Source of the DNA: Rubripirellula sp.
GTDB lineage: Bacteria; Planctomycetota; Planctomycetia; Pirellulales; Pirellulaceae
Assembly: GCA_965216875.1 (NCBI GenBank)
Contig: OZ244207.1
Location: 7,232,001-7,296,000 of the forward strand
Reading direction: 5' to 3'
Length of the DNA stretch: 64,000 bases
Shown here: in pieces, positions 55,592 to 64,000 of the stretch
How positions within the stretch are numbered: the first letter of the stretch is position 1
How the letters are laid out: each line of letters opens with the position of its first letter
Notes under the pieces: model-generated
The model's database searches: none
The model's input: only the letters and a program-made list of their open reading frames with translations
What the model was told of the DNA's origin: nothing
Position numbers and translations under genes: made by a program

Positions 55592-57691
55592 GTGAACCGC
55601 CAAACGATCTTAGCCAGCATCGAACAGCATCTTCGCGACGATTTCGCGAAGACTGGTCGTGCGCGCCCACTCGGCGAGATCGTTCCAGCGGTCGCACAGG
55701 AGATTCGATCAGGATTTGTTCCTGGCCCCGACGCGCCCAAAGCTCGCGTGATCCCCATCGAACAAGTCGCTGCCTTTGTCGGTGGGCAGTTGTCGGAACA
55801 GGAGGACGAGAAGATTTGCCAAGCGGTGTTGACCGACAACAGTGTGCTTGCCGAAATCATCGCAGCGGTTCGCGCCGGGCAAACGTCAAATGATGCACAG
55901 CCGCCGCTTTCCAACGCGTTGATGTCGCGGCTGATGTCAATGTCATCCGAACTCCCCAACGCACAACCGACGCCGACCCTTTCGCTAGTCATTCCCGAGC
56001 ACGAAGCCGATCCGTCGTTGGTAAACGTGACGCCGCTCGATCTTGAACAACGGCAAGGGCAGCAAGCAAATGATCCAACCGGTCAAGAAGTAGCGGAAGT
56101 TGGCGTTGCGAAGACGCCACTGAATCCGACGGTTGTTCGCTGGGCTTCGGTTGCGGCGCTTGCAGTCGCAGCGACCATCATTGGCGTGATCCTTGCCGTG
56201 GCCACCAATCGCGAGTCTGTTCAGCCAACCGAGCATGAGATCGTTGAAAACACGCCTAACGAACTTGAGCCCAACGGTATCGAACGCGAAATTCCGGATG
56301 GGCCGAATCTCGAGCCGGAAGGTGATCCGGTCGTTGTTGCCGTCGAGACGCCTGACAATAACACTCCCCGACAAAGTCCTGATGATGTCGAGCCGGTTGA
56401 GTTGGAAAAGGTCGACCCCGATCCAATGTTGGATCCGGTCCCTGAGTCGATCGTCAACGATGAGGTGCTCGATGAAGAGCCATCCATGCTCGAGATCCCT
56501 GAGCTGATTGACCAGTTACCGGAAACGCCTGCCACGGCGCCGCCGACTCGACTGGCCGCCATGCGATGGACAGAAATCAGCGGGCTGTTGACCCAGCAAA
56601 GCGTTCCATCGGGGACGGCGGCGCGGCGACCGTCTTGGAAAGCGGTTGCCGAGCGAGAAGGTAATCTGGATGTTGCTGCCGGCGCAGTGAGTTTGAGGAC
56701 TCTGCCACTTTCGCGAGCTCAAGCCGAGATTCCGGGTGGCGGTCGAATCGTTTTGGCTGCGGATAGCGGGATGTTGGTCAGCTCGGGCGGATCGCGCGCG
56801 TCGGTGGTGATCGATTTGCACCATGGTTCGCTTGCCCTGCTGGACCTACCCGATGGTACCGTTGTTGCGGTACGTGGCGGCGACCGGTGGTTTGCACGAT
56901 TGAAGTGGACGGAAAAAGCAGCGGTGGTGTTGCAACGAGCCGCAGATGGTTTGCAGGTTCACGTCAATCGCGGTGAAGTTGCCGTCAACGATCAACCTCG
57001 TCAAGCCGAGTCGATCAACGTCACGCTTGACCAGGATGTCGAGCCAATCGATCGACCGAAACGCTTGCCCAACTGGGTGGATCGTCCGGTCGATTCGGTG
57101 ACCATCCCGCGCAATATCCTCGCACAAATCGCCGATACCGATAATGTGATGGTGACATTGAATCAGCGCATCAACGACTACGCGAGCGCACCCCAGCTCA
57201 ACGCGGCGGACCAGCGAACACTCGCCACGCTCGCAGGTTGGCAAGTCTCGATGGCGGGGCCCAATCTTTTTCGTTTGATCAGCAGCCGCGTTCCCGCTGT
57301 TCGCTTGGCGGCCATGCAACGACTGGTTGCGATGTCAAAAGCCGATTCACGCTACAACCTGACATGGCGAGTGATCGAACGGACGCATCCCAACAAGCAA
57401 CGTGTGCAACAGATTCGTCGCTGGTGCGAAATGGCGCGTCAAGGCATTCCGCCCAATCGCAGCCAAACCGAGCAGATGGTCACCGGGCTGGCGGCTCAAG
57501 ATTTGGCGGGGCGAGCAATGGCCGACTTTATGCTGCGTCGATTCTTCGGCAACCAAGTCCCCGCCGCGGATCCAACCTGGACCGGAGCACGCCAGCAGCG
57601 AGTGATCAACAACTGGCGCCAAAAACTTGGTTTGCCCGCCACTCGCGGAAACGCAAACGGTGCCGCGCTGTCGCCCGCCGCAGCCAACTAG
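55592..57691 (+). CDS. Single-TM protein, probable anti-sigma factor
   Basis: Directly after the ECF sigma; cytoplasmic N-domain, one TM, Pro/Glu linker, beta-rich FecR-like segment, helical C-terminus. Confidence 0.65.
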   Translation: MNRQTILASIEQHLRDDFAKTGRARPLGEIVPAVAQEIRSGFVPGPDAPKARVIPIEQVAAFVGGQLSEQEDEKICQAVLTDNSVLAEIIAAVRAGQTSNDAQPPLSNALMSRLMSMSSELPNAQPTPTLSLVIPEHEADPSLVNVTPLDLEQRQGQQANDPTGQEVAEVGVAKTPLNPTVVRWASVAALAVAATIIGVILAVATNRESVQPTEHEIVENTPNELEPNGIEREIPDGPNLEPEGDPVVVAVETPDNNTPRQSPDDVEPVELEKVDPDPMLDPVPESIVNDEVLDEEPSMLEIPELIDQLPETPATAPPTRLAAMRWTEISGLLTQQSVPSGTAARRPSWKAVAEREGNLDVAAGAVSLRTLPLSRAQAEIPGGGRIVLAADSGMLVSSGGSRASVVIDLHHGSLALLDLPDGTVVAVRGGDRWFARLKWTEKAAVVLQRAADGLQVHVNRGEVAVNDQPRQAESINVTLDQDVEPIDRPKRLPNWVDRPVDSVTIPRNILAQIADTDNVMVTLNQRINDYASAPQLNAADQRTLATLAGWQVSMAGPNLFRLISSRVPAVRLAAMQRLVAMSKADSRYNLTWRVIERTHPNKQRVQQIRRWCEMARQGIPPNRSQTEQMVTGLAAQDLAGRAMADFMLRRFFGNQVPAADPTWTGARQQRVINNWRQKLGLPATRGNANGAALSPAAAN

Positions 57692-57701
57692 CAAACCAGA
57701 A

Positions 57702-57920
57702 GGTGAGCCGAACGCGCTAGCGTCGGGCCCCTCATCACATCACGAGCAGCAAGACGCTGGCACTGCGTGTTAGCACTCTCCCTTGGGAGAGTCGGGCTCT
57801 AAGGCCCGGAGAGGGTTTGTTTGATGATAATCATTCCCTCGCCGGACTTTGCATCCGACCCTCCCGCACGCGGGAGGGTGATTGTCTTCATGCATTCCGC
57901 CTGAAGGCGGTACTACGAAC
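57702..57920. repeat. Cluster of intergenic palindromic repeats
   Basis: Family A copy (57702-57729), hairpins CTCTCCCTTGGGAGAG and CCCTCCCGCACGCGGGAGGG, family D copy CCGCCTGAAGGCGGTACTAC; between convergent genes. Confidence 0.75.
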
Positions 57921-57938
57921 GGAACAGCGGCGGCCCGC

Positions 57939-59489
57939 TCAACCTTTTCGTTTGGGTCGCTTCGGGCGGCCGAGGTTTTCGTCAACGGGTACTTGGAACT
58001 TGCGACGCAAACGCTTCAATTCGGTTTGCAATTCTTCCTGGACTTTGACGTAGTCTTTGTGTCCGTAGACGCTCGACAACTCGTTGGGATCTTTCTTGAG
58101 GTCAAACATCTCCCAGTCGTTGATCTTCTCGCCTTCGAGAGCGTAGAACCGCATCAACTTGAACTCACCATCGGTCACGCCGTAGTGGCGAGCGACGTTG
58201 TGGGCACCCGGGTTTTCGTAGTAGTGGTAGTAGAAAGTCTTACGCCAGTTTTTGGGTGTAGCGCCTTTCAGGATCGACGTGAAGCTACGTCCTTGCATGT
58301 CTTCGGGGACTTCAACACCGGCGATGTCCAGAAACGTTTCGGCGAAGTCGAGATTCGAGACGATGTCGTTGTTGATTGATCCTGGTTTGGTCACACCCGG
58401 CCAACGGACAAGCAAAGGTGTTTTGAGCGATTCTTCGTACATCCATCGCTTATCGAACCAACCGTGTTCGCCCAAATACCAGCCTTGGTCGGACGAGTAG
58501 ATCACGACGGTGTTGTCGGTCAGTCCTGCTTCATCGAGGTACCCGAGCACTTGGCCGATGCCGTCATCAACGCTTTTGACGCAGCGTAGGTAATCCTTGG
58601 CGTAGCGTTGGTATTTCCACTTGATGATTTCTTCTTCGGTCATTCCCGCACGAGCTTTTTGGAAGGCTTCGTTCTTGGGTTTGTATGCGGCATCCCAAAC
58701 CTTTTTTTGTTCGTCATTCATGTTGCCGTGACCGGTCAACTTCAAGTCACGATCATTCAGATGAGACTTGACGGTCATCGTTTGACGACCTGCGGCCCGC
58801 GTGCGGCCCGAGTAGTTGTCCCAAAGCGTCTCTGGCTCAGGCAACGTGACATCGTCGAGCCAATTGAGGTATTTGGGGGCGGGCATCCAATTGCGATGCG
58901 GAGCCTTGTGTTGGTACATGACCATGAATGGCTTGTTGGGATCACGGTCATTCTTGAGCCAGTCGAGTGTCTTGTCCGTGATGATTTCGGTGGTGTAGCC
59001 GGTGTGTGGCCGCGTGACCGGTTGGCCGTCCTCGCCCGCGGTGATCATCGGTGGGTTGTAGTAGGGGCCTTGGCCTTTCAGCACGTCGTAGTAGTCATAG
59101 CCTTGGGGTGTTGATGCCAAGTGCCACTTTCCGATCACGGCTGTCTGGTAGCCAGCGGCTTGTAACAGTTTCGGGAACGTTTGTTGGTCGCCGTTGAAAC
59201 GATTGCCGTTGCGAATGAAACCATTGAGGTGGCTGTACTTGCCCGTCTGGATCACCGCACGACTGGGGCCGCAGATTCCGTTGGTGACGTAGCAGCGATC
59301 AAAACGCATGCCCTCCGACGCAATCCGGTCCATGTTGGGAGTTGAGATGCGCGTGGGATCGTATGCACTGAGCGCTTGTTGGCAGTGATCATCCGTAAAG
59401 ATGAAGACGATGTTCGGCGGCTGGTCGGCCGCAAGTACAGAGGTGGTTAGCAGTCCGCAGAGAATCGCGGCAGACAGAAGGCGTGACAT
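57939..59489 (-). CDS. Sulfatase (S1, N-acetylglucosamine-6-sulfatase-like)
   Basis: PPNIVFIFTDDH, CGPSRA, GKWHL, KAPHRNW, SDQGWYLGEHGWFDKRWMYEES; signal peptide. Confidence 0.94.
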   Translation of the reverse strand: MSRLLSAAILCGLLTTSVLAADQPPNIVFIFTDDHCQQALSAYDPTRISTPNMDRIASEGMRFDRCYVTNGICGPSRAVIQTGKYSHLNGFIRNGNRFNGDQQTFPKLLQAAGYQTAVIGKWHLASTPQGYDYYDVLKGQGPYYNPPMITAGEDGQPVTRPHTGYTTEIITDKTLDWLKNDRDPNKPFMVMYQHKAPHRNWMPAPKYLNWLDDVTLPEPETLWDNYSGRTRAAGRQTMTVKSHLNDRDLKLTGHGNMNDEQKKVWDAAYKPKNEAFQKARAGMTEEEIIKWKYQRYAKDYLRCVKSVDDGIGQVLGYLDEAGLTDNTVVIYSSDQGWYLGEHGWFDKRWMYEESLKTPLLVRWPGVTKPGSINNDIVSNLDFAETFLDIAGVEVPEDMQGRSFTSILKGATPKNWRKTFYYHYYENPGAHNVARHYGVTDGEFKLMRFYALEGEKINDWEMFDLKKDPNELSSVYGHKDYVKVQEELQTELKRLRRKFQVPVDENLGRPKRPKRKG

Positions 59490-59715
59490 AAAGATCTCGT
59501 TCAGCAATGCGTGTGGTGGGACGGAGAGGTGGGATGTCGAGCCAACATCATAACCCAGCCCTGGCACCGACGCGTGTCGCCGTTTGGGGCTGGTTGGTCG
59601 TCAAAACCGGCAAATTCGGAGCGGGGTTCCTCCGCGACAAATCGCTCGGGAGTGATTATTTTGGAGGCCTTACCTCAAGTCCCACCATCCTGCTGATCGC
59701 CTTCAAGGACCCCCC

Positions 59716-61011
59716 ATGCCACGCGTTCTCGCAACGTCATTTGTTTCCCGTCTCGTCTTGGCAGCGACTGTCGCGACGTTTTCTGCCGGGATCTATGCCC
59801 AAGACAAAAAGGGCCCGGCTTTCACCGAACCGCCCAAGAACGATCCCAATTTCAATTTGCAGGGCGAATTCGTCGGCCGGCTCACCATCGAGGGCGAAGA
59901 GCAGGAGCCGCTCGGACTTCAGATTCGTCCAACCGGTGGAAACCATTTCGAAGCCGTTTCGTTCATGGGTGGCTTGCCCGGTGAAGAAAACCACAAGCCC
60001 GAACCGGTCAAGATGATCGGCCGTCGCAGCGGCGACTTCGTGATTCTCTCGGGCGGACCCTGGGCGATTTTCGTGGAGGCCGATAAGTGCCTTGTCGTCG
60101 ATCGTGAAGGAAACAAAGTTGGCCAACTTGAACGCATCAAGCGGAAGAGCCCCACCATGCACGCGCCCGCTCCCGAAGGCGCCGTGGTTCTTTTCGACGG
60201 TTCCAATATCGATCACTTCACCAAAGCGTCGATGACCAAAGACGGCTTGTTGATGCAAGGTGCTGATTTGAAGCCGATGTTCCAGGACTTTGACCTGCAC
60301 GTCGAATTTCGATTGCCCTACATGCCGCAAGCTGTTGGCCAATCACGCGGCAACAGTGGTTTGTACCTGCAAAGCCGTTACGAGTGCCAAATCCTCGACT
60401 CGTTCGGGCAAGACCGATTGATCAACGGTTTGGGCGCGCTCTACAAGCTTCGCAAGCCCGACGTAAACATGTGCTTTCCGCCGTTGGTATGGCAAACCTA
60501 TGACGTTCGCTTTACGGCGCCACGTTGGGCAGCCGATGGATCAAAGCTGCGTGATGCTCACATCACTTCTTGGATCAACGGTGTCAAAGTGCAAGACAAC
60601 GTTGCACTGCCAAGCAAGACAGGTGCGGGAAGCCCTGAGGAGCCAACGCTACGACCATCAAGGCTGCAAGACCATGGTGACCCCGTTCGTTTTCGAAACA
60701 TTTGGTTGGTCGACCGCGGCATGACACCGGGGGTCGAATTCCCAGTCATCCCAACCGAAGAACAGCTGGCTGAGATGGCAGCGGCAAAGGAAAAGGTTGC
60801 ACAGGAAAAGAAAGCCGAGGCCAAGCGAAAAGCGGCCGAAAAGGAAAAGGCTCAAAAGGCCGCCGAGGCTAAAAAGAAAGCGGAAGCAGAAGCCAAGGCT
60901 GCCGAGAAGAAACCAGAGCCTGAGACCCCTACAAAGCCAGCTTCCGAGCCCAAGGCTGAAGAGAAACCGGCGGAGGATCAACCCGCCGCAGACGAAGCAA
61001 CCGAGAACTAA
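59716..61011 (+). CDS. DUF1080 (3-keto-disaccharide hydrolase-like) protein with Lys/Ala/Glu-rich tail
   Basis: AVVLFDG, DFDLHVEF, RGNSGLYL, YECQILDS, WQTYDV, LQDHG..VRFRNIW. Confidence 0.88.
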   Translation: MPRVLATSFVSRLVLAATVATFSAGIYAQDKKGPAFTEPPKNDPNFNLQGEFVGRLTIEGEEQEPLGLQIRPTGGNHFEAVSFMGGLPGEENHKPEPVKMIGRRSGDFVILSGGPWAIFVEADKCLVVDREGNKVGQLERIKRKSPTMHAPAPEGAVVLFDGSNIDHFTKASMTKDGLLMQGADLKPMFQDFDLHVEFRLPYMPQAVGQSRGNSGLYLQSRYECQILDSFGQDRLINGLGALYKLRKPDVNMCFPPLVWQTYDVRFTAPRWAADGSKLRDAHITSWINGVKVQDNVALPSKTGAGSPEEPTLRPSRLQDHGDPVRFRNIWLVDRGMTPGVEFPVIPTEEQLAEMAAAKEKVAQEKKAEAKRKAAEKEKAQKAAEAKKKAEAEAKAAEKKPEPETPTKPASEPKAEEKPAEDQPAADEATEN

Positions 61012-61022
61012 GCTCGGCCGCC

Positions 61023-61062
61023 GTAGGCCGGATCAAGGAGCGACAGCGACACCGATCCGGCA
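61023..61062 (+). repeat. GTAG-type REP-like palindrome (family C)
   Basis: GTAGGCCGGATCAAGGAGCGACAGCGACACCGATCCGGCA; matches 25144-25183 inverted. Confidence 0.8.
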
Positions 61063-61112
61063 CGACACAATGACCAAGTGCGTGCTTGCACGTGCAGGTA
61101 CACACCCGACGT

Positions 61113-63317
61113 TTAGTTTTCGGCGGCTTGATCTTGTTCCGGCTCTTCCTGAGTCGACGGAAGTTGCGCTCTTGGCTTCTCGGTGATTGTTCCGGGGACC
61201 AGCCACGGTCCGCTACTGTTGTCTTCGATCAACTTCATCAGTTCATCGTTGTTGATCGATTCGACTTCGAGCAAACGTTGCGTGACCGCTTCGAGGACTT
61301 CCCGGCGTTGTTCAAGAATCTCGCGGGTGTGAGCGAGGGCTTCTTCGACAATGCGTGAGACTTCTTTGTCGATCAGTTTTGCCATTTCGTCGCTGTGCAT
61401 CATCTGAAACCCTTCCTGACCGCCACCGGCAAGGAAGGGAGATCGCGAGCTGCGTCGGTAGTTGATGCGTCCAAGTCGACTCATGCCGTAGTCCATCACC
61501 ATGCTGCGTGCGACTTCGGTGCAGCGTTCCAAGTCGTTCTGAGCACCGGTGCTGATGTCTTGGAACACCATCTCTTCGGCGAGTGTTCCGGCAAGCAGCA
61601 CCTTCATGTTCGATTCGAGCTCGCTCTTGGTCATCAGGTAGCGTTCCGATTCGGGACGCTGCATCGTGTACCCCAAAGCGGCCAAGCCGCGCGGGATGAT
61701 GCTGACTTTGTGAACGGGATCAGTGTTTGGTAGGGCGGCGGCGACCAATGCATGGCCGGTTTCGTGATAAGCAACGCGGATCTTTTCGTCCTCGTTCATC
61801 ACGCGGTTTTTCTTTTCCAACCCAGCGGTCACGCGTTCGACCGCTTCATTGAATTCGCGAATGCCAACGGCACGTTTTCCGGCTCGGGCGGCAAGCAACG
61901 CCGCTTCGTTGACGAGGTTCGCCAAATCGGCGCCCACGAAGCCGGGGGTGATCGATGCCACTTCTTTCAGTTCGACCTTTTCGTCCAGTTTGACGTTCTT
62001 GATATGAACACGAAGAATCTCTTCTCGCCCGCTCACGTCAGGTCGATCCACTAGGACATGGCGATCGAAACGACCCGGTCGCAAGAGTGCCGGGTCAAGT
62101 GTTTCAGGGCGGTTGGTCGCGGCGATCACGATCACGCCCGAATTGGAATCGAACCCATCCATTTCGACCAGCAACGCGTTGAGTGTTTGTTCGCGTTCGT
62201 CATGTCCGCCAACGGTCGAACCGCTTCGGCTTTTTCCAAGCGCATCCAATTCATCGATAAAGATGATGCAGGGAGCGCGGCTTGTCGCTTGTTGAAACAT
62301 GTCGCGCACGCGGGCGGCACCGACGCCGACGTACATTTCAACGAAGTCGCTTCCGGAGAGGCTAAAGAAAGGCACGCCTGCTTCGCCCGCGATCGCTTTG
62401 GCCAACAACGTTTTTCCCGTACCGGGAGGGCCAACAAGCAGAACACCTTTGGGAATGCGGCCACCAAGTGCGTGGTACTTTTCGCTGTTCTTGAGGAAGT
62501 CGACGACTTCGCGGACTTCTTCGACCGCTTCATCGATTCCAGCCGCATCGTCAAACGTGATGGCAAGGTCTTCTTGACCATACAGTTTGCCGCGACTGCG
62601 CGAGAAGGACATCGGCGAACTGACACCGCCGATGCGTCGCAGCATCAGAAAACCGAGAAAGATGAGGACACCGATCATCAACAGCTGCAACCAGTGTTCT
62701 TCGAAAAAGCGACTCGGCCGATCGTTGTCCCAAACGACTTGCGAAGATTCCAAGACGGTCATGAACCGCTCGTCTTCGGCAAGATTACGGATTGTGCGTA
62801 CCGTTGTGAACTTTTTCAGCTTGGGAGACGACTCGGACTTGCTGCTGCTCGTGCCGATCGTCTTGAATTGGATCATGCCGGTGATCGTTTCATCGGCAAC
62901 CTTGATCTCGGTCGGCTGACTGAACTCGACCCAATTGTCTTGGTTCTTCGTCGAGCGGACCTTCAGTACGGGGTGTCGAGGTTTCTTCGGGTCAGCTACC
63001 GAATCCTCTTTTGCATCGTCCGCTGTGTCGGCCTGAGGTGTTGCGGAAGCATCTTCGGCGTCCGCGCCGTCGCTGGGTTGTGATGCCTGATTCTCGCCTT
63101 CTTGCTTTGCCGCTTCATATTTTGCCAGCTCCGTTTGGTACTCGGCTTCGAGTTCCAACAGAGCGACCAAGTCGGGGTAGCGCAAGCGTGTTTCGTTGCG
63201 TCCGTACACGAAAGCACATAACAGGACGACTAACGTGATTGCGATAAGAACAAGCCAGACGTTTCCACCCTTTGGCTCGTTGCTGTTGGAACCACCGCGG
63301 TTTTCTTCATCACTCAT
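61113..63317 (-). CDS. ftsH: ATP-dependent zinc metalloprotease FtsH
   Basis: Two TMs, [40 protein letters not shown]. Confidence 0.97.
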   Translation of the reverse strand: MSDEENRGGSNSNEPKGGNVWLVLIAITLVVLLCAFVYGRNETRLRYPDLVALLELEAEYQTELAKYEAAKQEGENQASQPSDGADAEDASATPQADTADDAKEDSVADPKKPRHPVLKVRSTKNQDNWVEFSQPTEIKVADETITGMIQFKTIGTSSSKSESSPKLKKFTTVRTIRNLAEDERFMTVLESSQVVWDNDRPSRFFEEHWLQLLMIGVLIFLGFLMLRRIGGVSSPMSFSRSRGKLYGQEDLAITFDDAAGIDEAVEEVREVVDFLKNSEKYHALGGRIPKGVLLVGPPGTGKTLLAKAIAGEAGVPFFSLSGSDFVEMYVGVGAARVRDMFQQATSRAPCIIFIDELDALGKSRSGSTVGGHDEREQTLNALLVEMDGFDSNSGVIVIAATNRPETLDPALLRPGRFDRHVLVDRPDVSGREEILRVHIKNVKLDEKVELKEVASITPGFVGADLANLVNEAALLAARAGKRAVGIREFNEAVERVTAGLEKKNRVMNEDEKIRVAYHETGHALVAAALPNTDPVHKVSIIPRGLAALGYTMQRPESERYLMTKSELESNMKVLLAGTLAEEMVFQDISTGAQNDLERCTEVARSMVMDYGMSRLGRINYRRSSRSPFLAGGGQEGFQMMHSDEMAKLIDKEVSRIVEEALAHTREILEQRREVLEAVTQRLLEVESINNDELMKLIEDNSSGPWLVPGTITEKPRAQLPSTQEEPEQDQAAEN

Positions 63318-63618
63318 GCGTAATCTCGATCACTCACATCAAAAGGGGCAAAACCCAGTGTTGGCTGATCCCCAGTGTCGTTAAGCATTCTTTGATCGAC
63401 CATCTTCGACGACAACCGCCCGGTTCGAACAAGGAAAGTTGCGGTCGGGTCGTATCAACCGTGCCGATCGTCCATGATATCGGGCTCAGCCGTCGTAAAC
63501 GCGAGGGTTCGGTGTTCTGGTCCAAGCCGCCGCGGCGGGTGCCAGGGAGCAATAATTGTCCGTTGAACCGACGGCGGTTCTTGCGGACACCCACGTTTTG
63601 ACCTGCAGGATCACGATT

Positions 63619-64000
63619 TTGTCTCCCAGCAATTCGCAATCGACCCCTTCGATCGCCGATCGATCTCGCCGCTGTGTCGCCGTCATGGGCGCCACCGGCA
63701 GTATCGGGTTGGCCACGATCGATGTGCTCAAAAATCTGGGAAACATCGACGACCGATGCCAGTGGGATCTTTTTGCGGTGTCCGGTCACAAGAATATCGA
63801 TGCTTTGGCCGAAATCGCGTCGGACTCAATGCTTGCGCCCAAGAGGGTCCTGCTCTCGGCTCCGGAAATGGCCGGCGAGTTCGCGAGTCGATGCCCATCG
63901 GTCGAGACTGCGACCGGTGCCGACGCTCTGATCGACGTGGCATCGAGCGACGAAATTGACACGCTTGTTGCTTCCATCGTTGGTCGGGCTGGTCTGGAGA
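63619..64000 (+). CDS. dxr: 1-deoxy-D-xylulose 5-phosphate reductoisomerase (N-terminal part only; runs off window; absent from ORF track)
   Basis: Hand translation from TTG 63619 (AGGA upstream): VAVMGATGSIG..AVSGHKNIDAL..DTLVASIVGRAGLE. Confidence 0.92.
   Translation, partial: MSPSNSQSTPSIADRSRRCVAVMGATGSIGLATIDVLKNLGNIDDRCQWDLFAVSGHKNIDALAEIASDSMLAPKRVLLSAPEMAGEFASRCPSVETATGADALIDVASSDEIDTLVASIVGRAGLE

Noticed and set aside
62058..63083. 341-aa plus-strand ORF
   Set aside because: Antisense shadow of ftsH.

Overview
Bacterial genomic DNA, almost certainly a planctomycete of the Pirellulaceae type (Planctomycete-extracellular/dockerin protein, several sulfatases, DUF1080, Pirellulaceae-like palindromic repeats). 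The left 25 kb is an accessory redox region with two parts. (i) A DHOR-type dihaem protein divergent from a winged-helix-like regulator and a papain-fold protein that has lost its whole catalytic triad, followed by a four-gene unit: a RoxA-like dihaem c-type lipoprotein with an inserted membrane module, a GMC oxidoreductase fused to a patatin/cPLA2-like membrane lipase, a DUF4331 protein and a catalase-fold protein. This is my best candidate for an undescribed system, possibly for lipid release and oxygenation (oxylipin-like). (ii) A periplasmic nitrate reductase divergon without napC/napH, with a duplicated tetrahaem NapB and a divergent tetrahaem cytochrome c/4Fe-4S/NrfD module plus an Rrf2 regulator. 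The remainder is mostly housekeeping or typical planctomycete genes (CDF transporter, GspF/PilC, histidine kinase, PQQ sugar dehydrogenase, FKBP, Ser/Thr kinase, rplU, S9 peptidase, sulfatases, pepF, beta-CASP nuclease, ECF sigma, ftsH, partial dxr). It also holds a GT4/asparagine-synthetase-like/HTTM-like operon, a 1713-aa repeat surface protein and several REP-like repeat families. I saw no rRNA, tRNA, CRISPR array or transposase. All calls come from reading motifs by eye; no database searches were run.
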